NCBI RefSeq assembly: GCF_963506605.1
Contig: NC_083282.1
Location: 95,976,001-96,040,000 of the forward strand
Direction of reading: 5' to 3'
DNA: 64,000 nucleotides
Origin: Zootoca vivipara
Lineage: Eukaryota
Shown here: piece by piece, positions 27,401 through 36,303 of the stretch
Position numbering within the stretch: the stretch's first letter is position 1
Layout of the letters: the number at the start of each line of letters is the position of its first letter
Program-made: the position numbers and the translations under genes
The notes under the pieces: generated by a model
Seen by the model: only the letters and a program-made list of their open reading frames with translations
What the model was told of the DNA's origin: nothing
The model's database searches: none

Positions 27401-30400
27401 TATATACACGGAGCTATGTGTTCAGTCGGGTTCAGAACCTCCGAATGGCTTTTGGCGCGTCTTTCTCCAACACAAAAGCCTCGGTAGACCCATCCTCTTT
27501 CCTCTCCTCTTTCTGCGCAATTCCGGAGTTGGGGGGATGGGTCTCCCCCCCTTATTTGCCCCTTCCTGTTCCACCTGAGACCCTGGCTCCGCTACCTTGC
27601 CTGAGCCTCGGACACGACTTCCTGCTTCCCCACTGGAATCGGAACTCTCTCTGCTTTCCCCTGTGCTCGGGGATGGGCTTGAACTCAGGAGGGGAGGGAC
27701 TTCGCGATATCCCCTGTCCCTCACATCCACCCCCCTTCCAAGCTCCCCTTCTCCCCTCCCCAGGTCCCCCCCGGGTGTCGGTGACGACTGGAAGCCTAAG
27801 AACTCAGTACTTTCCGAGCCCGTTGGTGTGAACACCTCCCCCCAGTCTTGCGAGCCCCCCCTTCCGCCTGGGAGGACTGGAATCCCAAAAAGTCCGTGGC
27901 GTCAGAGCTGGTGGGGGTAAAAATGTGCTGCCAGTCTGCTTCTTCCTCTGACTGAGTGGATCTCGGCGACGCCCATACTTCTTCCTCTGGTTCCTCAAAC
28001 TCCGCTTCCCATCCCCATGGTGAACTGCTCTCCAGTACTTCCTCCCTCTCCCCCTCCCCCTCCCTTTCCATGTGCCAGGGCTTGGGTCTGTGGGGAAAGA
28101 GGGCGTGAAATTCTTCCACCAAGAATTCCTCCTGTATTTGAGAGGCTGGGACCCACTCATTTTGGGATGGCGGGGCGTCCTCCCATGCCATGAGGTACTC
28201 CAGGCCCCCCACCCCTCTCCGTGAATCCAGGATGGCCGTGGCCTCATTGAGTTGCTCCCTGCCTTCCCTCTCCCCCCCTCCCTCGGGGGTTTGGTCGCTG
28301 TCAGCAGCGATCTATGAAACACTGGATGCACCCTCATGTCCTCTGGTAGTGCCAATCTGAAGGCCACCGGATTGACCTGTTGCGTGACCGTGAAGGGGCC
28401 CAGCCGTCTGGGCGCCAGCTTTTTGCACCTCCCTCTAATGGGAAGGCCCTCCGAGGACAACCAAACCTTGTCCCCCACCCTGATGACCTCCCCTTGTCGC
28501 CTGTGGCGATCTGCCCCCTTCTTGTACGCTTCCTTGGCCCTCTCCAAGTGCTCTCTGAGCTGTTGGTGCACCGTCTCTAGTTCCTCTGCCCAATCCTCTG
28601 CCCGTGGGCCCTCCTCCTCCTCCTCCCCCTCCCTCTCCGGGAAAGATCTGAGGTCGCGCCCATAATTGGCCTTAAAGGGCGACACCCCTGTGGAGACGTG
28701 CACTGCATTATTGTAGGCAAATTCCGCCAGTGGCAGGCGATCCACCCAGTCCGTTTGCCTCTGGCTGACGTAGCATCTCAGGTACTGCTGCAGAATGGCG
28801 TTGACCCTCTCCGCCTGTCCGTTAGTCTGCGGGTGTCTAGCCGTCGATAAGCTGACCTCCACCTGCAGGAGTTTCATGAGCCGCCTCCAGAACCTGGAAA
28901 CAAATTGGCGGCCACGATCCGAAATAACCCTTAAAGGTAATCCATGCAGTCTGAAGACGTGGTCAACAAACAGTTTGGCTGTCTCTTCTGCAGAGACCGC
29001 CCTGGCACACGGTATAAAGTGGCACATTTTGGACATAAGGTCCACCACCACCAACACTGCGGTCTTGCCCCTGGATGCAGGCAGGTCCGTGATGAAGTCC
29101 ATGGACACCACTTCCCACGGCCTGTGAGGTGTGGCTAAGGGCTCCAGCAATCCTGCTGGCGCTGCTCTGACTACCTTTGCCCGCTGGCAGGTGTCACAGC
29201 CCCGTACATAGTCTCTAACATCTTCCCGCACCCCTGGCCACCAGAAGTGTCTCATGACTAGGTGAGCGGTTTTGTCCCTTCCAAAATGACCCGCCGTCGG
29301 GTTGTCGTGCATTTGCTTGAGGATCTTACGTCTAAGCTGGGTCGTGGGCAGGTATAGTGCCCCCTTGTGGAAAAGCAGCCCCCTGCGTTCTGCAAAGTCT
29401 TTTGCCTGCACCCCCCCCCCCTCTCAGTTCTCTGAAGATGCGGGAGGCAAACTCATCTGCTGCCGTCAGTGCTGTGAGTTCTGCCTCGCTCACCACTGCT
29501 GCTCCGCAGGACCATGCTGATGGGGGGGAAATGTGCCTGGGTGCTGGTGGCAACTCCTGCTCCATGTACTCTGGTTTGCGGGAGAGGGCATCTGCCCTGA
29601 CGTTCTGCTCCCCCGGTATGTAGTGGATGGAGAAGTTGAAGTTCGAGAAGAACTCTGCCCACCGTATCTGCCGCTGGTTGAGCACCCTGGCTGTTCTCCA
29701 GAACTCCAGGTTCTTGTGGTCTGTGCACACCTGGATGGGGTGCTTGGCGCCCACCAGGAAGTGTCGCCAGTGCTGGAAAGCAGCGTGGATCGCAAGAAGT
29801 TCCCTATCAAACACCGTGTAGTTGCGTTCTGGCTGGGTCAGCTTCCTGGAGAAGAAGGCACAAGGTCTCCACTCTCTGTTGGCGTCCAGTTGCAACAGGA
29901 TCGCTCCCAAAGCCCTGTCTGAAGCATCGGTCTCAACGCGTAGGGGCGCATCCTGCACCACGTGGAACAGGTTTTGGTCCGAAGCGAACACCCTCTTGAG
30001 GCTTTCGAACGCTGCTTGCGCCTCCTGTGTCCACCTGAACTTCTGCTTGCCTCTCAGGCAGTCCGTGATGGGAGCCGTAACCCGTGAGAAGTTCTTGATG
30101 AATTTCCTGTAGAAGTTGGCGAAGCCTAGGAGGCGTTGGGCATCTTTGCGCGTCCTGGGGCTGTGCCAGTCCAGGATGGCTTGTACCTTGTCCTTGTCCA
30201 TCGCCAGCCCCTTGTCTGACAGTTTGTAGCCCAGGAAGTCTACTTCCCTGGTGTGAAACTTGCACTTCTCCAGCTTCACATACAGGTGGTTCTCCTTCAG
30301 GCGCTGCAACACCTCCCTGACATCCTTCACATGTTGCACTGGGTCGTTGGAATAGATAAGGATGTCATCCAGGAAGACCAAGCAGTTCTTGAAGAGGAGG

Positions 30401-33400
30401 GACCCCAGGACGTGGTGCATGAAGGCCTGGAAGCATGCTGAGCCCCCTTGCAACCCGAAGGGCATCACCAGATATTCAAAAGAGCCCAGGGGCGTGAACA
30501 TCGTGGTTTTCCACTCATCGCCTTCCCGGATCCTGATTAAGTTGTACGCCCCCCTCAGGTCTAGCTTGGTGAAAATCTTGCCCCTGCGTGCCGCTGTCAG
30601 GAGATCGTCCACTCTGGGCATGGGGAAAGCCACTGGCTCTGTCACTGAATTCAGTCGTCTAAAATCCACCACAAGGCGGCGCTGTTGCGTGTCTTTCTTG
30701 TCCACCCAGAAGACCGGGCTGCCCCCTGCTGCCTTGCTTTCTCTGATGAACCCCCGTTTGAGGTTCTTGTCTATAAACGCACGCAGATCCTCCAGCTCCT
30801 GATCTGACATGGCGTACAGCTTGGCTGGGGGTATCGTTGCCCCTGGCACCAGGTTGATCTGGCAGTCAAAAGACCTGTGTGGGGGCAGGTGGTCGGACTC
30901 CGCTTCGCTGAAGACCTCCTGCAGGTCCCAGTATGGTTTGGGTATCGCCTCACCCCCTTTGACGTGCATGGTGGCCACCGTGGCTATTGGAGGCCCCTCC
31001 CCTGGTTGGTGCTGCATGCAATGTTCCAGACAAAAGTCCGACCCAAACGTGATGCATCTCTGGTGCCAACTGATGGAGGGGTCGTGGCGCGCCAGCTAGC
31101 TCATGCCCAAGACGATGGGGGGGTCTGAGATGGTGGTGACGTTGAATGCCAGTGTCTCAGAGTGCCTTCCCACCGTCATTCTCATGGGGGGGGGTTTGAT
31201 GAGTGATGGCCCCTCCCAGCAGCTCCCTGCCGTCAATGGTGGCTACGTGCAAGGGAAAGTCCAGCTGCAGAAGCTGTATTTGGTGCTCTTCTGCAAAGTT
31301 TCTCGAGAAGAAGTTGGCAGATGCACCACTGTCAATTAAGGCGAGGACTGTCAGGGGATAGCCATTTGGGAGCGTTAACGTCACTTCTAGAACCACTCCT
31401 GCTCTGGGAGGGGTGGGCTGGCTCTGCTCCGCGCTGTGCGGGTGGGTGGGCTGGGGCTGTTGTCTGCTGACTGCGCCTGGCTGCTGCCCCTTGTCTCCTG
31501 CAACCAGGCTTTCCCGTTTCCCTGCTGTGGTGCTGCGTCAGTGGGGGAGGGCACCACCGTTCCCGCCTTTCCTTGCCACTCTCTGCGATGTGGGCAGTCT
31601 CTGACGAGATGCTGGGGGGAGTTGCAGAGAAAGCAATTCCCGCCCCTTCCCTCCTTGCGTCTTGTCGCCGCTGGGGTTTGAAAAGCCCGCGCGCGCTATC
31701 AATTTGCATGGGTTCCTGGTCCTGGCTGGTCCCAGGCGTGGCTTGGAAGGGTTGTTGGGGGAGTGGCTTCTCCTGCGACCGTGGGAACCAAGCCCGCTTT
31801 GCGCGCGTTGCTTGCTTGTCGTTCCACCGGGATTCCTGTCTCACCCCCACCGCCAGAGCCGCTTTGCTCAGCTGATCCATATTACTGGGCTTTGGACCTC
31901 TCGAGAGCTCATCTTTCACATCCTCATTCAACCCCAGGTAGAACGCCGCTTCCATCGGAGGCGAGTGCAGTTCCCACCCCAGTCGGTGCACTAGCATGGT
32001 GAATCTCGCCCAATATTCGCGAACTGTCATTGTTCTTTGCCTTAAATTATGCAGTTCCTCCTTGGTCTGGTCCATATGACTATCGGACGCATACATAGTT
32101 TTTAAAGCCTCTAGAAATAGTTTGACATTCTTCATGCAAGGATTTTTTGTCGCAATTAACGGTCTTAGCCACTCCCTGGCTGCCCCTGTAAGGTGTTCCA
32201 CAATAAACGCTACCCTGTGCTCATCATCAGGGAACTCATCATGGTGCAGCTCAAGAGCATACACGATCTCAGTCTCAAAGCCATGATATTCCCTCGGGTC
32301 TCCATTGAACTTGCTTACTAGGGTTCCCGCTCTCCTTCCTGGCAGCACTTGGAGTTGGGGGGCCCCTCCCGCCTTGTTTTTCTCGGCATCCAGCTTGTTT
32401 TGGAGCTCTACCGCCACCGCCCTTAATTGCTGCTCTTTTTCCTGAAGCGCTCTCACCTGTTCCGCAAGTTGTAGCCGGTCCTCCTGGACCTTCTTGGTTT
32501 CTTCTTTAGCTGCCTTTAATTCCCCCTGTGCCTGCAGCGCCTGTTGCTGCAGGTCCTGTTGGGCTTTCTCCGCGATCTGCCGCCATTTCTCCACCTCTGA
32601 CGCACTCATCCCGGCAACTCCAAAGTAGCCCAAAAAAAGATTCGGAGGTTGCTGTCACAGTGGCCGGAGCGGGCTACTTCAGAGTAACGATTCTACACAG
32701 CTCTGCATTTTATTCTTTTATTGGTGCTGCGTATTTACAGTGCTGAAGTCATTGCTATATACACGGAGCTATGTGTTCAGTCGGGTTCAGAACCTCCGAA
32801 TGGCTTTTGGCGCGTCTTTCTCCAACACAAAAGCCTCGGTAGACCCATCCTCTTTCCTCTCCTCTTTCTGCGCAATTCCGGAGTTGGGGGGATGGGTCTC
32901 CCCCCCTTATTTGCCCCTTCCTGTTCCACCTGAGACCCTGGCTCCGCTACCTTGCCTGAGCCTCGGACACGACTTCCTGCTTCCCCACTGGAATCGGAAC
33001 TCTCTCTGCTTTCCCCTGTGCTCGGGGATGGGCTTGAACTCAGGAGGGGAGGGACTTCGCGATATCCCCTGTCCCTCACAGTTCCCTCTGCCTGTGCTCC
33101 AGCCCAGCCCCTTGGCAGCCTTCAGAGCCCAGTCAAAGGCATCTCAATGGCCCCTGAGTGCTGTGCTTTGGGGGCCTGAGGTGTCTCACGCAGGTTGCCA
33201 GCTGCTGTCCAGCTGCCTGATTTTCCAGTTAACCAAAATAGCCAGCCAGTGTATTGTTCACAGAAGCAAAACTTGAAATGCATAAGTCATGGCTCTTGGG
33301 CATAAGTGGATGTTTGGAAGCCCATTTCCAGTTGGACTCTAGCCAAGGAGTGCTGCCTGCTAGGACTATTGCCCATCCTTACCCATCCCATCATAGGGAA

Positions 33401-35988
33401 TAGACCTTTCTGTGTGTTTCTCTATGGCTTAAGCCTCTGCCCTGGGACTGGAGTGACGTTAGTGTTCTTCCCACTGTTGCTTCTTTCTCTGAATCACTCT
33501 TTGCCCCCACCAGTCCTACGACAACTACGGGGACATCATCAAGGCGACACTGAATGAGACCCGCCAGATTGACCGGACCGAATGGGCTCACACGCTGCTA
33601 CTTACTCTGCAGCAGGTAATGGGGAAAGGAGCCAAGAGGTTGGGGAGAGGCCTTGGGTGACACTCCCTTGCCCTTCCAGTGTGGTGTAGGGGTTAAGAGC
33701 GGTAGACTCCTAATCTGGGGAACCGGGTTCGTGTCTCCGCTCCTCCCCATGCAGCTGCTGGGTGACCTTGGGCTAGTCACACTTCTCTGAAGTCTCTCAG
33801 CCCCACTCACCTCACAGAGTGTCTGTTGTGGGGGAGGAGGGGAAAATAGATTGTTAGCTGCTTTGAGACTCCTTCGGGTAGTGATAAAGCGGGATATCAA
33901 ATCCAAACTCTTCTTCTTCTTCTTCCTCCTAGTTGCTGACTCAGCTGCTTCTGGAGCAGGGACCTGCAGGCATCAACTCGGCCACCTTCCTGGAGATCCG
34001 GGATTTGGCACGGCGCTTCTCTCTGCTCTTTGGGCTGCACCAGCTGCAGAACCGCTCCGCCCTTGTCACACTGCATAAGTGAGGATGCTGCTGCCAGAGG
34101 CTTCTCCTGTCTTGCAGGGTGTGGGAAGTAGTGGGGGGGGCAGGTGACACGAAGCCAGTTGAGCAGGTGGAAGGGTGGGACTTGGGAAGCCAGAGATGGC
34201 TGGTCCACTGGCTCAGTGCTCTCTACATCAACTGGCAGTGGCCTTGCAGGGTTCTGCCTGCAATGGACCTGGGCGCAAAGTAGCTGCTTCTGCCCTGAAG
34301 CACAGCCTTGCCCAGTTCCCAGGTGTGGGAAGGGCAAGCCAAGAGGGTGGCTCCCCAGGCCCAGGAGGCATCCCGACTGCACTTTCATTTGCCATAGGGA
34401 TGGGATAAAGTTTGCCTTCCAAGAACAGGTGGCCTCCGACTCAAGGCTGGACCTTGTCCACTTGCCCTTCTTGGAGCTGCTGAGCGAGTTTTCTCCACGG
34501 CTGTTGTCTCCCGACAAAGCCTTACTGTGAGTGACTTGCGAGGGAAGAGGGGAGGCTGGAAGGTCCCTGTGCCCTTCGGCTCCTTTCTCTGCTGTTAAGC
34601 CTAACGCACCTCCTCCCTCTGGCAGCCTGTCCTACCTCAAGAAGATCAGCCAGGCACATCTGTCCTCCCGACATGGAGAAGAGCACCTCTGGGGCTCGCT
34701 CCTGATCTATCAGCGCTCCTTGAGCCCCCAGGAGGAGACAGCCCCCTCACCAGATGCACCTGCCCAGCAGAAGCCTGGACCACCTGCCAAGAGGCGGCAC
34801 CTGAATGGTGGGAGGCGGAATGGAGGGGGGCAGGGGGGTGGTGCTTGTACGGCTGCAGAGTTGGAAGTGGAAACGGCCATGTTTCTCCTGCCTTGGCAGA
34901 GTCCCTTGGGCATAGCGATACCAGTTTCTCCTCCACTTCCGGCAGCCGCTTACAGAGCCCCTTGCTGACATCCACCACCCTGCGGAGAAAAGGCCACTCA
35001 GCTGCCCAGCTGCTGGGCCAGGAGGACTCGGGCTCCGAGTCGGAGTTTGTGCAAAGGTGAGCTGGGCTGGGGGTGGGCTGGGACTTGCTAGCACCCTCCC
35101 TGCAGGTGGCTTGACTTGCTTCTCTTCTGCCTTTTCAGCCAACCACCGCTGGGGCCGCAGCAGCGCCACAAAGCTCCTCGCCGCCAGCTGCAGCCCAAGA
35201 ATCGTGGCAGCCTAGGCCCGCAGCTGGGGTGGTAAGTTTGTCTGGGAAGCTGGAGAGCGGGCAATAGGGTTTCGCCACGAGGCCTCTGGTAATGTAATGT
35301 TTTCCATGAGAGAAGAACAAGTGATACAAGATTCTGTATACATTATTTTATGGGTTTGTGGTTTTATTCATTAATATGAATAGTCATTATTACAATAAAG
35401 CTAAGCTGCTTGGCATCTGTGCATCCAGAGAGAGATTCCTGTGACCAGATGGTCTTTGCAGGGCAGCTGTGGAAAGGCAGAGGCGGGACAGGCACCAGCT
35501 TGGAGCCATCCAGACTGCCTCCCCAACATGGCCAGGCAGCAAATGTCGCTTTGCTGGGCCAAGACATGCCTCTGTTTCTGCCTCACAGGCTGACCCTGAT
35601 GGAAGTGGGAGAGGCGGTGGTGGAAGAGTCTGAGACCAGCGAGGAGGAGGTCGCCTTTGGCAAGGTGAAAAGAAGCCCCTGGCAATGGGGGGGGGGGGAG
35701 AATGATGCCTGCCCCCAGGTCCCCTGAGAGCCCCAGCCAGCCTGACCTGCAGCACCTGGTCCTCCTTGCGCCCTGGTTTCCCTCTTGGGGGCGGGAGGAA
35801 GGGCTGCTTTTGGCTTTGCTGGAGTGACTCCACTTTGGCCCGCCTGGCTTCTGTCCGCAGGAGTCAGAGCTGAGGCCTCTCCTTGCTTGCAGGATCTTAC
35901 CTAATGGCTTCTTAAAGGATAAATGAGCGGGGCAGAGCAATATGGCTCCCCTTAACACCTGCTTTCCCTTTTCCTGCAGGATTCCTGA
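8885..35988 (+). CDS. STAG3: Cohesin subunit SA-3 (meiotic stromal antigen), multi-exon
   Basis: Approximate exons: 8885-8934, 9029-9115, 9230-9329, 10103-10199 ([11 protein letters not shown]), 10348-10424, 10531-10736 ([15 protein letters not shown]), 10832-10983, 20501-20574 ([10 protein letters not shown]), 20666-20790 ([12 protein letters not shown]), 21236-21334, 21476-21555, 21811-21918, 22151-22247, 22318-22429, 23182-23286, 23379-23471, 23688-23777, 23915-24109, 24413-24485, 24665-24752, 25003-25101, 25177-25269, 26228-26389, 26494-26627, 33513-33614, 33932-34078, 34398-34526, 34626-34806, 34900-35056, 35138-35231, 35589-35664, 35980-35988. STAG/SCD motifs plus linkage to AP4M1/MCM7/COPS6 identify STAG3. 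The last exons are less certain. Confidence 0.9.
11095..11460 (-). mobile_element. RTE-clade LINE 3' end
   Basis: [17 protein letters not shown]...[13 protein letters not shown], a typical RTE C-terminus. Confidence 0.6.
11475..13922 (+). mobile_element. Degraded LINE RT (RTE-X-like) interrupted by an L2
   Basis: [17 protein letters not shown] (~11475), [11 protein letters not shown] (~13263), [13 protein letters not shown] (~13378). Confidence 0.6.
11545..12905 (-). mobile_element. L2-clade LINE 3' part
   Basis: [42 protein letters not shown]. Confidence 0.9.
13923..15797 (-). mobile_element. Unclassified, probably degraded copia-derived element (with a small CR1 3' insert at 15308-15390)
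   Basis: Remnant motifs [12 protein letters not shown] (protease-like, ~15560-15600), degenerate zinc-knuckle-like strings, [16 protein letters not shown] linker; TG...CA ends. Confidence 0.35.
16255..18819 (+). mobile_element. Young, 5'-truncated CR1 LINE with nearly complete ORF2 (EN and RT) and (ATTCTATG)n tail, inside older CR1 pieces (15850-16250, 18820-19400)
   Basis: [51 protein letters not shown]; a few frameshifts. Confidence 0.95.
19455..19812 (+). mobile_element. BovB 3' fragment
   Basis: [18 protein letters not shown]...; (CAA)n tail; near-identical to 1670-2030. Confidence 0.9.
21640..21780 (-). mobile_element. Old tRNA-derived squamate SINE fragment
   Basis: Minus strand GGCTGGAGCTCAGTGGCAGAGCACATG tRNA-like head. 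Confidence 0.5.
27298..27725 (-). repeat. 3' LTR
   Basis: Identical by eye to 32653-33080; minus-strand AATAAA x2 at ~27355-27367. Confidence 0.95.
27422..31522 (-). pseudogene. pol: Pol (protease, RT, RNase H, integrase, chromodomain, acidic tail), disrupted
   Basis: [36 protein letters not shown] zinc finger, SMDFIT...SDRG...GQAER, GPF, YLMAW. TGG>TAG at 31096-31098; frameshifts at ~31190, ~29415, ~28300, ~27855. Confidence 0.9.
31387..32609 (-). CDS. gag: Gag (coiled coil, capsid, CCHC zinc knuckle), one apparent frameshift at ~31690
   Basis: ATG at 32609; [18 protein letters not shown]; [14 protein letters not shown] appears in a shifted frame; stop at 31387-31389. Confidence 0.9.
32653..33080 (-). 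repeat. 5' LTR
   Basis: Identical by eye to 27298-27725. Confidence 0.95.
33676..33925 (+). mobile_element. tRNA-derived squamate SINE (Squam3-like) with (CTT)n tail
   Basis: A-box TGGTGTAGGGG and B-box GGTTCGTGTC-like; body GGGTGACCTTGGGCTAGTCAC; L2-like 3' end. Confidence 0.8.
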
Positions 35989-36209
35989 GGTAGGCTCCCC
36001 CCTCACAGTTTCTCAGGGGGCTCTATGCTGCGCTGCCCCTCCTGGGGTTGGAAGCTTCAGTTGCTTGTTGCCAGTGCTGTTTGTCTAATTGACGATCTGT
36101 TTTTGGTGCCTTAGGGGCTCTCCTTGCCCCCATTTGTTGTTTTGCACTTGAGGTTTTGCCTCAGCTGCTCTCACTTGTGAGACTATTTCTGTTCTGCTGT
36201 TGGCTGAGA

Positions 36210-36215
36210 AATAAA
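36210..36215 (+). terminator. Probable STAG3 polyadenylation signal
   Basis: AATAAA ~220 nt after the stop codon. Confidence 0.6.
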
Positions 36216-36303
36216 ACTGTTTATGGAAAACTTTTGGTGCCTGCAATGAGGCTGCTTTGACGGGGGCTGGCGAGGGATGTTGCACAGTTGGGCCCTAATG
36301 CAT

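Larger units (their letters stand above)
27298..33080 (-). mobile_element. Full-length Ty3/Gypsy chromovirus (Tf1/sushi group) LTR retrotransposon in a STAG3 intron
   Basis: Two 428-bp LTRs (TG...CA), 5-bp TSD GTTCC (27293-27297, 33081-33085), gag-PR-RT-RH-IN-CHD order, PPT at 27726-27740. Confidence 0.97.

Noticed and set aside
31332-31690. C-terminal part of the 433-aa gag ORF as listed in the track
   Set aside because: Wrong frame after ~31690; the CCHC knuckle and slippery site lie in another frame.
33676-33750. tRNA gene
   Set aside because: tRNA-like head of a SINE continuing into the SINE body; no proper acceptor stem.
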